The notes under the pieces were generated by a model. The model was not told the origin of the DNA, searched no databases, and was given only the letters and a program-made list of their open reading frames with translations. The position numbers were made by a program, and so were the translations under genes. Shown here piece by piece: positions 35,661-46,613 of a DNA stretch of 64,000 nt; the stretch's first letter is position 1, and each line of letters begins with the position of its first letter. Origin of the DNA: an uncultured Candidatus Actinomarina sp. (GTDB lineage: Bacteria; Actinomycetota; Acidimicrobiia; Actinomarinales; Actinomarinaceae); NCBI GenBank assembly GCA_902615855.1, contig CACMQN010000005.1, positions 8,596-72,595 of the forward strand, written 5' to 3'.

Positions 35661-38258
35661 ATGCTTGAAGATTCATATGAGCCATTAAGTATTGAACAAA
35701 AATGGCAATCAGAGTGGGAGTTAAAAAATCAATTCAAACCAGTTGAGTCTGATAAACAATTTTCGATTGTAATACCACCTCCAAATGTAACTGGCTCATT
35801 GCATATGGGTCATGCGTTAGAACATTCAATAATTGATGTAATTGTACGTATAAAAAGACTTCAGGGATTTGAAACATTGTGGGTTCCAGGAACTGATCAT
35901 GCAGGAATTATTACACAACTACTTGTCGAAAATGAATTATCTGAAAAAGGTCTTTCAAAAGAAGATGTTGGTCGTGAGAATTTCATTTCAAAAGTATGGG
36001 AGTGGAAAGAAAAATCAGGTGAAAACATATCAGGACAGATGAAGAAACTAGGTATGAGTTGTGATTGGTCAAGAGAGAGATTCACAATGGATGAAGGGTT
36101 ATCAGCAGCTGTTAGACAAGTTTTTGTAACCCTCTATGACTCTGGGTTTATTTATAAAGGTTCAAGAATGGTTAATTGGGATACAAAACTAATGTCTGCA
36201 GTCTCAGACCTTGAGGTCAATCTTGAGGAACAAACAGGCAAACTCTGGAGTGTTAAATATAAATGTGGTGATGAATTTATCACAATCGCTACTACTAGAC
36301 CAGAGACTATTCTTGCTGATACAGCTGTTGCAGTTAACCCTGATGATGAAAGATATAAGAGCTTTATTGGAAAAACAGCAATTATCCCAATCGTAAATAG
36401 AGAGGTTCCGATTATCGCTGATGAGTATGTAGATAAAGAATTTGGTTCTGGATGTGTAAAGATAACACCTGCACATGATTTTAATGATTATGAGATCGGC
36501 TTGAAACATGATCTAGAAGTCATATCTTGCATGAAGTTAGATGGAACAATGTCTGACGATGACTTTATGCCAGAAAATTATAAAAATTTAGATAGATTTG
36601 AAGCAAGAGACCAGATAGTGAGTGAGTTATCTGAATTAGGCTTCCTTGTTTCCGCTGATGATCACGTAATCCAATTACCAAAAGGAGATAGATCAAAAAG
36701 CATACTTGAGCCAATGATCACCGACCAATGGTTTGTAAAGACAAAAGAGTTAGCTGACAGAGGTATCGCAGAAGTTGAGAATGAAAATATCAAGTTTATT
36801 CCAAAAAATTGGGAGAAAACTTATTTTGAGTGGATGTACAACATACAAGATTGGTGTATTTCTAGACAAATTTGGTGGGGTCATCAGATTCCGGCATGGT
36901 ATGACGAAGATGAAAACATCTACGTAGCTACGACTGAATCAGAAGTTAGAGAAAAATATAAACTCTCAGACGACTTGAAACTATCGCAAGATAAAGATGT
37001 TTTGGATACTTGGTTTTCATCAGCATTATGGCCCTTTTCCACTCTAGGTTGGCCTGAGGAAAGCACAGATTTAGATAAATACTATCCAACCTCGTTATTA
37101 GTAACAGGTTTTGACATAATCTTTTTCTGGGTAGCCAGAATGATAATGATGGGTCTGAATTTTAATGACGATGTCCCGTTCAAGGATATATTGATTCATG
37201 GGCTGGTAAGAGACTCTAAAGGTAGAAAAATGTCAAAGAGTTTAAAAAATACAATTGATCCATTGGAGCTATCTGAAAAACATGGTGCAGATGCATTGCG
37301 CTTCTCATTAATAGAGAAAGCAGCTCCAGGACAAGATGTTCCTTTTGATGAAGAGTGGACAATTGCTGCAAAGAAATTTGGAAATAAACTATGGAATGCT
37401 GCAAAGTTTGTCCACTTGTACTCCCCTGAAGAAAAAAGAACTGATGAAATTAAAGAAATAACTTGTCCCGAAAATGTATGGATTGCCTCTAGGTTTGATG
37501 AAGTCCTAGCTGAATTTAATGAATTATTTGAAAAATATAAAATATCAGATGCATATAAGCTAATTTACAATTTTGTCTGGTCAGATTTGTTTGATTGGTA
37601 TTTTGAGTTTTCCAAAAACCTAATAGATGATGAGAAAACAAAAGATGAGACTATGTTTGTTCTTAGGACTACATTTTTAAAAAGCATAAAAATATTGAAT
37701 CCTGCAATGCCTCACATAACTGAAGAAATTTGGTCAACCTTTGAAGATGATCTTTTAATAAACAACACTTGGCCTGAAGTTGAAGGCAAAGAGTTGAACC
37801 CAGAGGCTAACGACGTTGAAAATTTGAAAGAAGTTATTTCTCAAATAAGAAATTTCAAAGCTACCTATCAATTAAAAAATAAAGAAATATTAAAACTTAA
37901 TTCAAGTAAAGATGTTAGCCCTTGGTTTACAAAACAGCTGGAAAACATTGGCAATGTAGAATTAAATCTTAATTCACCAGAGGATAAAGATAAAAAACAA
38001 GTAGTTTTTCAATCAGGAAACTATGAATTTTATCTTCTAGCTGAAGACTATATCGATATTGATGTAGAAATAAAAAAACTAGACAAGAAAATTGAAGATC
38101 TCTCTAAATCACTAGCTGTCTCTAGATCGAGATTAGAAAATGATAAATTTATTAAAAATGCAAAAGAAGAATTAATTGAAAAAGAAAAACAAAATGTTAT
38201 TGAAGTTGAAAACGAGATAGAGCTACTAAAACAGACACGGGATCAATTCAGTGTCTGA
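35661..38258 (+). CDS. valS: Valine--tRNA ligase
   Basis: PPPNVTGSLHMGHA, WCISRQIWWGH, DVLDTWFSS, KMSKS. Confidence 0.97.
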   Translation: MLEDSYEPLSIEQKWQSEWELKNQFKPVESDKQFSIVIPPPNVTGSLHMGHALEHSIIDVIVRIKRLQGFETLWVPGTDHAGIITQLLVENELSEKGLSKEDVGRENFISKVWEWKEKSGENISGQMKKLGMSCDWSRERFTMDEGLSAAVRQVFVTLYDSGFIYKGSRMVNWDTKLMSAVSDLEVNLEEQTGKLWSVKYKCGDEFITIATTRPETILADTAVAVNPDDERYKSFIGKTAIIPIVNREVPIIADEYVDKEFGSGCVKITPAHDFNDYEIGLKHDLEVISCMKLDGTMSDDDFMPENYKNLDRFEARDQIVSELSELGFLVSADDHVIQLPKGDRSKSILEPMITDQWFVKTKELADRGIAEVENENIKFIPKNWEKTYFEWMYNIQDWCISRQIWWGHQIPAWYDEDENIYVATTESEVREKYKLSDDLKLSQDKDVLDTWFSSALWPFSTLGWPEESTDLDKYYPTSLLVTGFDIIFFWVARMIMMGLNFNDDVPFKDILIHGLVRDSKGRKMSKSLKNTIDPLELSEKHGADALRFSLIEKAAPGQDVPFDEEWTIAAKKFGNKLWNAAKFVHLYSPEEKRTDEIKEITCPENVWIASRFDEVLAEFNELFEKYKISDAYKLIYNFVWSDLFDWYFEFSKNLIDDEKTKDETMFVLRTTFLKSIKILNPAMPHITEEIWSTFEDDLLINNTWPEVEGKELNPEANDVENLKEVISQIRNFKATYQLKNKEILKLNSSKDVSPWFTKQLENIGNVELNLNSPEDKDKKQVVFQSGNYEFYLLAEDYIDIDVEIKKLDKKIEDLSKSLAVSRSRLENDKFIKNAKEELIEKEKQNVIEVENEIELLKQTRDQFSV

Positions 38259-39405
38259 TGAATTCAAGATATATCTAAATTCAAAAATTGGAAAAAGAAA
38301 TAAAAATTTAGAAATCCTAGCTTCTTTTTTCGAAAGTAACGAACTTCAAATTTTAAAGGAAAAGTCAATATCTATTGTTGGTACTAATGGCAAAACATCC
38401 TCCGCATATTATTTAAATGAAATTTTCACTAAGAATGATATCTCATCTGTTTTATTTACTTCTCCTCATTTGGTTGACGTAAATGAGCGAATAAAGATAA
38501 ACAATGAAGTAATTTCAGATGAGAAGATGTCATTGTACATGGATAATTTAAAACAATTTGAATCTGAAAATAACATCGAACTTGCATATTTCGAGACACT
38601 TTTTCTTACAAGTTGTAAATTATTTTTAGAAAGTAAAGCTGATTATTTTATTGTTGAGGCAGGTATTGGAGGATTATATGACACTACTTCGATACTAAAT
38701 GTAGATACAGTCTGTATTACTAACGTAAATTACGATCATGTTGAATTGTTAGGTGAATCGTTAGAAGAGATTTTCCATCAAAAAATCCAAATATCAGACA
38801 ATCCAAAACGTATTATTTTTGGTGATTCTAATTTATATAAAGTTTATAAAACTTATGTGCACGATAAGTTTGATTTAACTGATAAAGATATATATTTGAA
38901 CAATTTAGAAAGCCAAAACAAAATGAATATAAATTTTGGAACAGCAATAAAAATATTTGAATCAATTATTACAAATTTTGACGAAGACAAAACCAGTACT
39001 GTAGAAAGCTATCCCAAAGTTCCAGGGAGGTTTGAAGAAGTTTCAAAAAATCCTGTAAAAATTGTTGATGGAGCCCATAATGCTTCAAGCTTAGAGACAT
39101 TAGTTAATTTTATAGAGGAGAATCATACAATAGATGATTTTGATATATACATTGGCATGAAAAAGGGAAAAAATATTATTGAATTTATGAATAAAATTTT
39201 CACAAAAAATTTTAATCAAATTTATCTTATTGAAAATAATTCATTCTTTGAACAAACTAAAACATCAGATTTTGAGAATTGCTTTAATGAAAATGAACTT
39301 ACCTATGAGGTAGCAACTATTGACGATTTTTATACATCAAAGAATTCATCTATATTGACAGGAAGTTTATATTTAGTTGGTAAATACAAAAAGGAATATT
39401 CATGA
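38251..39405 (+). CDS. folC: Folylpolyglutamate synthase / dihydrofolate synthase
   Basis: VGTNGKTS, TSPHLVDVNERI, EAGIGGLYDTTS, VDGAHN, TGSLYLVG; follows valS. Confidence 0.9.
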   Translation: MSDEFKIYLNSKIGKRNKNLEILASFFESNELQILKEKSISIVGTNGKTSSAYYLNEIFTKNDISSVLFTSPHLVDVNERIKINNEVISDEKMSLYMDNLKQFESENNIELAYFETLFLTSCKLFLESKADYFIVEAGIGGLYDTTSILNVDTVCITNVNYDHVELLGESLEEIFHQKIQISDNPKRIIFGDSNLYKVYKTYVHDKFDLTDKDIYLNNLESQNKMNINFGTAIKIFESIITNFDEDKTSTVESYPKVPGRFEEVSKNPVKIVDGAHNASSLETLVNFIEENHTIDDFDIYIGMKKGKNIIEFMNKIFTKNFNQIYLIENNSFFEQTKTSDFENCFNENELTYEVATIDDFYTSKNSSILTGSLYLVGKYKKEYS

Positions 39406-39800
39406 AAACTTTCTTTATGGTAAAACCAGATGGTGTAAAAAGAAATATTGTTGGACAAGTAATTGACCGTGTTGAGCAAGAGGGATTTAAAATAACAAAA
39501 ATGAAAATGATGACAATAACTACAGACCTTGCTGAGCAACACTATGGTGAACACAAAGATAAACCATTCTTCCAAGATTTAGTTTCCTTCATAACAAGTG
39601 GCCCAGTTGTAGCTATGGAAGTTGAAGGAGAAAATGCTGTAAGTGAAGTTCGTAGAATAATGGGTGCCACAAATCCATCTGACGCAGACCCAGGCACAAT
39701 AAGAGCAGATTTTGCAACCAAGCTAGAAGAAAATGTAGTGCATGGTTCTGATTCAGAAGAGAGTGCTGAGAGAGAATTAGGCCTTTTCTTTAACAATTAA
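39402..39800 (+). CDS. ndk: Nucleoside diphosphate kinase
   Basis: MVKPDGV, GTIRADF, NVVHGSDS. Confidence 0.97.
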   Translation: MKTFFMVKPDGVKRNIVGQVIDRVEQEGFKITKMKMMTITTDLAEQHYGEHKDKPFFQDLVSFITSGPVVAMEVEGENAVSEVRRIMGATNPSDADPGTIRADFATKLEENVVHGSDSEESAERELGLFFNN

Positions 39801-39844
39801 ATTTCTATTTAATTTGATTATTCAGTCTATTAATCTAGATATAC

Positions 39845-40888
39845 ATGGCTGGAATTAATTTAAGAAGATCGCTTTTTGGTGGCAACGACATCGCTATTGA
39901 TTTAGGAACTGCCAACACATTAATTTATGTTAAAGGTGTTGGAGTGATGGTTGATGAACCTACGTTGATTGCTGTAAATAAAGAGGATGGCTCAATCCTT
40001 ACTGTTGGGGAAGAGGCAAAAAACTTGGTGGGTCGGGTCCCTGACTCAATAAAATTAATTAAACCTCTAAGAGATGGTGTGATTTCAGAAATCGAAATGG
40101 CCGAAGAACTTGTAAAAACCTTACTAACAAGAGCAATAGGAAGATCCTATTCAAGACCAAGAATTGTTATGTGTGTTCCAAATGGTGTTACCAGTGTGGA
40201 GCAAAGATCGATAGAAACTGCTGCTCATGCTACAGGTGCATCTGAAGTTTATACCGTTGAAGAGCCAATGGCAGCTGCAATAGGTGCAGGTCTTCAAATT
40301 TATGAACCTTTTGGAAATATGGTAATTGACATTGGTGGAGGAACAACAGAAATTGCTGTTATTTCAATGGGTGACATAGTAAATGCCAACTCTGTAAGAG
40401 TTGGTGGAGAGGACATGACTGATAGACTCATAGAGTGGTTAAGATCAGAACATTCTATGCTAGTGGATGAGGGAATTGCGGAATCTCTAAAGCATGCAAT
40501 CGGATCTGCATATCAATATGACAAAGAACCACAAGTTACAGTAACGGGTCGAGATATTGTAAAAGGTGTCCCAAAACAAGTTCTACTAGAGGCAGCAGAT
40601 GTAAGAAATGCACTAAGTCCAGTTGTCCAAGATATTATTGAGGCAGTAAGAATGTCTCTATCCCAAACTCCACCTGCATTAGTATCAGATATAGATAAAT
40701 ATGGCGCATGGTTGACTGGGGGAGGCTCTCTCTTAAAGCAATTGGACAGGAAGATAGCAGAAGAACTGGGTATTCCAATTAATATGACAGAGGATCCATT
40801 AAGTACAGTTGTTGTAGGTTCGGGCATTTGTTTAGAGAGGTTTGATGATTACAATTCAGTATTAAAATCATCACCAAAACCTAACTAA
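39845..40888 (+). CDS. mreB: Rod shape-determining protein MreB
   Basis: IDLGTANT, EEPMAAAIGAG, DIGGGTTE, LTGGGSLL. Confidence 0.96.
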   Translation: MAGINLRRSLFGGNDIAIDLGTANTLIYVKGVGVMVDEPTLIAVNKEDGSILTVGEEAKNLVGRVPDSIKLIKPLRDGVISEIEMAEELVKTLLTRAIGRSYSRPRIVMCVPNGVTSVEQRSIETAAHATGASEVYTVEEPMAAAIGAGLQIYEPFGNMVIDIGGGTTEIAVISMGDIVNANSVRVGGEDMTDRLIEWLRSEHSMLVDEGIAESLKHAIGSAYQYDKEPQVTVTGRDIVKGVPKQVLLEAADVRNALSPVVQDIIEAVRMSLSQTPPALVSDIDKYGAWLTGGGSLLKQLDRKIAEELGIPINMTEDPLSTVVVGSGICLERFDDYNSVLKSSPKPN

Positions 40889-40890
40889 AT

Positions 40891-41694
40891 ATGAAAGATG
40901 GAAATCTAAGAGTAAGAAACTACATTATTTACGTTATTTTTGTATTGTTTTCATTTTCTATAATGGTCTTGGACTTTTTTTCAAATCAAGAATTATCTTC
41001 TACTATTTCAAAAAGAATAAATTTTTTAATTCCTACAAATGTTAATTTTCCGGATTATTTAGAAATTTTTGATAATGAATTATTCCAAACAAGAAATAAT
41101 TTGATTAATGAAAACATACGTCTGAAGAATGAAGTTTTAGAATTGAGAAAACTGAGAATAGAAAATGATCTCTTGAAAGAAGAATTAGATGCCAACAAAA
41201 ATCTTATCAAATCTGTCGATTCCACAAATTATGTTTATATAAAAACTTCTGCATTCATTAAAAATAGTGAAAATAAATATCTTGTATCAGGAGGCTATGA
41301 TAAAAATTTTGAAAAGAACGATATTGTTATCAATGAAGAGGGTTTTGTAGTCGGTTTTGTAGATAAAATTTTTCAGAACCACTCTGAAATTGTTTTTTTA
41401 GACGATGTAGATTTTTCAATGCCAGGTTTAGATAGATTTGGGAATGAATATTTGATACAAAACAATGGAAACGAAATATTAGTTTATACCACTTCAGTAA
41501 ATGAATTAACATCAAATATTGACTTCATATTTACGGCTTCTATATTTGATCAGCCAGGAAGGTTCCCCATCGTATCTCTATCAAATGCAGAAATAACAGT
41601 AGATGACAACAAGATATCATCAAATTTAGATATTGAAGAAATAAGCTTTTCCTTTACTGACATATATATAGTTAAGACAAATGATTTACCTTAG
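40891..41694 (+). CDS. mreC: Rod shape-determining protein MreC (divergent)
   Basis: TM, coiled coil (LINENIRLK), beta domain with VINEEGFVVG; position after mreB. Confidence 0.8.
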   Translation: MKDGNLRVRNYIIYVIFVLFSFSIMVLDFFSNQELSSTISKRINFLIPTNVNFPDYLEIFDNELFQTRNNLINENIRLKNEVLELRKLRIENDLLKEELDANKNLIKSVDSTNYVYIKTSAFIKNSENKYLVSGGYDKNFEKNDIVINEEGFVVGFVDKIFQNHSEIVFLDDVDFSMPGLDRFGNEYLIQNNGNEILVYTTSVNELTSNIDFIFTASIFDQPGRFPIVSLSNAEITVDDNKISSNLDIEEISFSFTDIYIVKTNDLP

Positions 41695-42151
41695 AAACCT
41701 ATTTTCAATTATTACTTTTGTTTTCTTATTGTTCGTAGAGTTGTTATTAAATACTATTTTTAATTTTGATTATTTTTTAATAATGCCATTTTTCATTGGG
41801 ATGTTCATAATTTCTACTCTAAGATTTTCAAATTATTATATATCTATATTTTTGGTTGCTGGTATCTATTACGATACATTATATTCTTCAAACATCTTAG
41901 GATTTTCAAGTGCAAAATTTTTAATAACAATTATTTTTATGAATTTTATAATTGCAAATCAGCAAAATAATACTTATCTGGACCTTGCTACATTCACAGT
42001 CGGGATATATATTTATAAATTCACATATTCATGGGAATATCTAAACCCTGAGTTTTTATATCAATTATTGATTTCATCTTTGGTCAATTACTTTTTATTT
42101 AGAATTTTGAACATTACCATAGGTAAAAATGTTCTTAAACAAAAGATATAA
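41681..42151 (+). CDS. mreD: Rod shape-determining protein MreD (divergent)
   Basis: 156-aa multi-TM protein with AGIYYD, between mreC and mrdA; call is mainly positional. Confidence 0.7.
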   Translation: MIYLRNLFSIITFVFLLFVELLLNTIFNFDYFLIMPFFIGMFIISTLRFSNYYISIFLVAGIYYDTLYSSNILGFSSAKFLITIIFMNFIIANQQNNTYLDLATFTVGIYIYKFTYSWEYLNPEFLYQLLISSLVNYFLFRILNITIGKNVLKQKI

Positions 42152-43967
42152 TCTCTTTGCACTATTATTAATTGGTTTTTTTATATATATAGTATCTTTT
42201 CTTTTTGATTTACAAGTTTTATCAAGGAATACGGCATTAAGTGCAATAGACAACCAAACTACTGATACATTCTATATAACTCCACCAAGAGGTGATATTT
42301 TTGATGATAAAAACGAAAGATTAGCAACTTCAACAATGCAGCCACATCTTTTTATAAACTTGAGAAAAATTGATAATGACAATATTGACATATACAAACA
42401 GTTCATAAAGTTTAATTTTCCTGATTTGGATCGAGATGACTTTGATAAACTATTTAAAAACAGAAATAGTATCGAGATTGTTGGTAATATAGCTACTTTT
42501 TCTGCAGTTGAGCGACAAAAACTTCTAGAATTAGATGCATTCGAAATCTTTGATTTTCCAATCAGGAAATACAATTACGACAATTTGACATCTCACGTTA
42601 TTGGTTATGTTGGAAAGCCTACTTCTGATGATTTTGAAGAATTTCCACACACCAAAAATACATTGCAAGTTGGTAAAAATGGTCTAGAGAAATATTATGA
42701 AAATACATTAACGGGTATTCCAGGTGAAATTATTTTTAAGGGTAATAAAATAATCGAGTTCACACCTCCACAAAAAGGTAACGATATATATCTCTCTCTT
42801 AATATTGAAATTCAAAAAGTCGTAAAAGAATCTCTTTTGCAAGGAATTGTGCTTGCGAATGAAAATGAAGATGCAAATGATGAAATAATTAGAAGTGCCT
42901 CAATTGTTATTGATGTCAATTCAGGTGCAATAGTTTCTATGGTTTCTCTTCCAGATTTCAATCCAAATCAATTCATTGATGGAATTTCAAATCAAGATTT
43001 TGAACAACTTAATCGTATACAAGCGTTTAATAATTTTGCTATTCAGGGCCTTTACCCACCAGGTTCTGTATTCAAAGTTGTTTCATATTGGCTTGCAGAA
43101 AATGAAGGACTTTTTCCAGAAGGCTTAAATTCAAGAAGAGGAAGAGTCGATTGCAAGGGAAGTTTATCATTTGGATTTAATGATGGTTCTCAACAAGTTT
43201 ATCAAGACTGGAAAGAAGATGGTCATGGAAGAGTAAATTTAAGTTCAGCCATGCAACAATCTTGTAATGTATATTTTTGGGACATAGCCCTTAATATTTG
43301 GAGAACCTATGAAGGTACACAAAATGAATCAATCTTACAAAATTATGCAGAAGACCTAGGTTTCGGTGAACTTACTAATATAGATCTTCCATTTGAAAGA
43401 AATGGGATAGTACCTGATAGAGAAGTTTTTGAAGAATGGAGAGTTTCACGTCCTGATTTAGTAAGACCAGAGGGATGGTTAGGTGGTGACCTTATGAACT
43501 TAATTATTGGTCAGGGAGCAATAACTGTAACGCCTATTCAAGTAGCAAATGCATATAAAACCTTACTTACCTCAACTTCCTCATCTCCATATCTCAATAT
43601 TGCTGCTTCTGATAACTTAAAGTTGAGAAAATACAATGTATCTGACGAATTTGTTAATTTCTTAAAAAATGATTTAAATTTAGTAACTAACAAAAATGGA
43701 ACGGCTTATGCTGCATTTGAAGTGATGGGTAGAGAAGCAAACGATGTAGGTGGCAAAACAGGTACGGCTCAAAATCCTGGAGAGAAAAATAATACTTCAT
43801 GGTTTGTTGGTATTGACTCAGTAAGTAATCCCCAGCATGTTATTGTCACAGTAATCGAAGAGGGGGGTTCTGGAAGTGCTATTGCAGCTCCAGTCAGTAG
43901 AAGAATAATTCAACATTTAATCGGAAGTGATGTTACTCCTGTAAGGTATGGAGAGATTACCGAATGA
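42129..43967 (+). CDS. mrdA: Penicillin-binding protein 2
   Basis: PPRGDIFD, GKNGLEKYYE, PGSVFK (SxxK), SCN (SxN), KTGT (KTG). Confidence 0.93.
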   Translation: MFLNKRYNLFALLLIGFFIYIVSFLFDLQVLSRNTALSAIDNQTTDTFYITPPRGDIFDDKNERLATSTMQPHLFINLRKIDNDNIDIYKQFIKFNFPDLDRDDFDKLFKNRNSIEIVGNIATFSAVERQKLLELDAFEIFDFPIRKYNYDNLTSHVIGYVGKPTSDDFEEFPHTKNTLQVGKNGLEKYYENTLTGIPGEIIFKGNKIIEFTPPQKGNDIYLSLNIEIQKVVKESLLQGIVLANENEDANDEIIRSASIVIDVNSGAIVSMVSLPDFNPNQFIDGISNQDFEQLNRIQAFNNFAIQGLYPPGSVFKVVSYWLAENEGLFPEGLNSRRGRVDCKGSLSFGFNDGSQQVYQDWKEDGHGRVNLSSAMQQSCNVYFWDIALNIWRTYEGTQNESILQNYAEDLGFGELTNIDLPFERNGIVPDREVFEEWRVSRPDLVRPEGWLGGDLMNLIIGQGAITVTPIQVANAYKTLLTSTSSSPYLNIAASDNLKLRKYNVSDEFVNFLKNDLNLVTNKNGTAYAAFEVMGREANDVGGKTGTAQNPGEKNNTSWFVGIDSVSNPQHVIVTVIEEGGSGSAIAAPVSRRIIQHLIGSDVTPVRYGEITE

Positions 43968-45064
43968 ATACCAGAAAAATTACACTTTTAGGACCACAAG
44001 GAACCAATATCTTTATTTTTTTGATATTCCTTTTTTTTATTTTTATATCTTGGTTTACACTTTATACACTTACAGATTTTCAAGGACTTGAATTTGATGT
44101 AGATAATATTTTGACACGACAAGTAGTTTTTTCATTAATATCAATTATTATATTTTTTCTTCTCACATATTTATCAATAGATAATCTACAAAATTACTCC
44201 AATTTTTTATTTTTTATAGTTGTAAGTTTGTTGGGTTCTTTATATTTCACACAACCTAGATTAGGAGTACGTAGATGGTTTGATCTTGGCCCAATTGATA
44301 TACAGCCATCCGAATTTGCAAAAGTAGTTATTGTTGTTTTTGTTGCCAACCACCTTTCAAGAAATTTAAATAAAGGAATTTTGATATTTTTAATTTTTGG
44401 AACAATATTACTTATAAACTTTCAACCAGATTTAGGAACTGCATTAATTATTTCGTTTGTCTTTCTATCAATGTTGCTTTTATCAAATATAAAGTTACGA
44501 TATATATCACTGCTTTTGTTAGTGGGAATATCTCTATTCTTTATATTTTTAGAAATAGGATCAAGAGTTGATAATGTAAACATTGTCACACAGTACCAAA
44601 TCAGTCGGCTGAATGAGTTTTTTTCATCTGATCTTGATTTCTCTCAATCTCAAAGTCGTTTATTAATTTCTAGTGGTGGATTAGTTGGACAATATTTTGC
44701 AGGTGAAAATATTGACAAGGTATTTGTTCCAGTTGAGACAACAGATTTTATCTTTGCAGCATATGCCTACAATTTCGGTTTTTTTGGAATTCTTTTCCTA
44801 CTTGCTCTCTGGGGATTATTGTTTAGTAGGCTCAGAAGAATCCTGACAGTCTCAGATTCAGATTTTGATAAGTTTGTGATTGCTGGATTTATTGCATTAC
44901 TGTCTTTTCAAATAATTGTAAATATATCAACTGTTGTTGGTTTAATCCCTGTTACGGGATTGCCCTTCCCTCTGTTAAGCCTGGGAGGATCATCTATGGT
45001 CTCAATAGCTGTAATCTTTGGGATTACGAATAGAATATTTATAGAAAATAACATCACAATTTAA
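43964..45064 (+). CDS. rodA: SEDS peptidoglycan glycosyltransferase RodA
   Basis: RRWFDLGPIDIQPSEFAK, QPDLGTA, TDFIF, TGLPFPLLSLGGSS. Confidence 0.92.
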   Translation: MNTRKITLLGPQGTNIFIFLIFLFFIFISWFTLYTLTDFQGLEFDVDNILTRQVVFSLISIIIFFLLTYLSIDNLQNYSNFLFFIVVSLLGSLYFTQPRLGVRRWFDLGPIDIQPSEFAKVVIVVFVANHLSRNLNKGILIFLIFGTILLINFQPDLGTALIISFVFLSMLLLSNIKLRYISLLLLVGISLFFIFLEIGSRVDNVNIVTQYQISRLNEFFSSDLDFSQSQSRLLISSGGLVGQYFAGENIDKVFVPVETTDFIFAAYAYNFGFFGILFLLALWGLLFSRLRRILTVSDSDFDKFVIAGFIALLSFQIIVNISTVVGLIPVTGLPFPLLSLGGSSMVSIAVIFGITNRIFIENNITI

Positions 45065-45136
45065 TATTTAAAGCGTATTATTCTCTGACTATGAAGTTTT
45101 TTAATATATTTTCACATCATAATTATGGAGGTTTTA

Positions 45137-46606
45137 ATGTTTGGTATTTTCAAAAAATCGAAAGTAGTACGAAAGAGCGAAGATAAGTTTAGTAATACCG
45201 AAACTAAATGGTATAACGGACAAAAAGTAAAAATTAAATCTGGTACTTCAAAGTCCAGAAATAAAAGAGAAGATTACAGAAAATCTAATCGTCAAACTTG
45301 GTTTAGGGAGACTCCTTTACCAGTCCCTTTTGTCGATAAGAAACAAATGCTTATAAGTTTCAAAGGCGGTTCTTCTAAGATTGCTATTTTGGAAGGCGCA
45401 ACATTAGTTGAATATTACACAGCAGAGGCTAAGTCAAAATCTCTTGTAGGAAATATTTATCTCGGAAAGGTTAAAAATATACTTCCTGGGATGGAAGCTG
45501 CGTTTGTATCTATTGGTGAAGAGAAAAATGGTGTGTTATATGTTGCAGATGTATCTAATGCAAAGCGTAATTCAAAAATAGAAAATCTTTTAAAGCAAGA
45601 ACAGGAAATTTTAGTTCAAGTTGTAAAAGATGCAATGGGTGAAAAAGGTGCAAGATTAACGGGACAAATTTCATTTCCTGGTAGATACTTAGTGTTAATT
45701 CCTAATTCAAACACAAAAGGTATATCAAGAAGATTGCCGGATGAGGAACGCAATAGATTGGATAAAATAATACGAAAAATCAAGCCGGAAGGATTTGGAG
45801 TAATTGTTAGGACTGCTGCGGAGGGAGTAAGCGAAGAATCACTTAAGAACGATATAGATAAATTAATCAGTGAATGGGAAAAGACTTCTTCAAAAGACTC
45901 TGGTAGTTCTCCAGTTTTAATTCATGAAGAACCAGATATATCGATAAAAGTTATAAGAGAACACCTGAGCTCAAACTTTAAAAAATTATTGATTGAAAAT
46001 AATGAAAAATTTGAAGACATAAAGAGCTATATTTCAGATACTTCACCTGAACTAAATGAAATAGTTGAGAAATACTCTGATGATCTAGATCTTTTTGAAA
46101 GATATCATATCGAAGATCAAATTAAGAAAGCCCTAGATAGGAAAGTATGGCTTCCATCCGGTGGTCATTTAATTATTGATAGAACAGAGGCGCTAACAGT
46201 TATTGATGTGAATACAGGAAAGTTTGTCGGTAAAGACAGTCTTGAGGAAACTGTTTTTGAAAATAATCTTGAAGCAGCTGAAGAGATTGCAAGACAGTTA
46301 AGACTTAGAGATATTGGTGGAATAATTGTTATTGATTTTATTGATATGGAAACACAGAAGAGACAACAAGAACTGCTCAGTAAATTCAAACAGGAATTAG
46401 CGAAGGATAAAACCAGAACACAAGTATTTGATATATCCAGATTAGGGTTAGTTGAAATGACTAGAAAAAATGTTTCAGCAGGACTTATTGAAAGCTTTTC
46501 TGATGAATGTGAAGAATGTAATGGTAGAGGGCTAATCATTGGTGACATATTTTCCAATAATTCAGTTGATACTGATTTACTTGAATCTGAAGCCGTAGTA
46601 GAGTAA
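45137..46606 (+). CDS. rne: Ribonuclease E/G family
   Basis: GNIYLGKVKNILPGMEAAFV, EALTVIDVNTG, LRLRDIGGIIVIDFIDM, CEECNGRG; ATG 45137 follows GGAGG. Confidence 0.93.
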   Translation: MFGIFKKSKVVRKSEDKFSNTETKWYNGQKVKIKSGTSKSRNKREDYRKSNRQTWFRETPLPVPFVDKKQMLISFKGGSSKIAILEGATLVEYYTAEAKSKSLVGNIYLGKVKNILPGMEAAFVSIGEEKNGVLYVADVSNAKRNSKIENLLKQEQEILVQVVKDAMGEKGARLTGQISFPGRYLVLIPNSNTKGISRRLPDEERNRLDKIIRKIKPEGFGVIVRTAAEGVSEESLKNDIDKLISEWEKTSSKDSGSSPVLIHEEPDISIKVIREHLSSNFKKLLIENNEKFEDIKSYISDTSPELNEIVEKYSDDLDLFERYHIEDQIKKALDRKVWLPSGGHLIIDRTEALTVIDVNTGKFVGKDSLEETVFENNLEAAEEIARQLRLRDIGGIIVIDFIDMETQKRQQELLSKFKQELAKDKTRTQVFDISRLGLVEMTRKNVSAGLIESFSDECEECNGRGLIIGDIFSNNSVDTDLLESEAVVE

Positions 46607-46613
46607 TTGAGTC

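Noticed and set aside
35640-35680. T-box or riboswitch leaders before valS, leuS, serC and proB
   Set aside because: These genes abut or overlap their upstream genes, leaving no room, and no conserved motif was seen.
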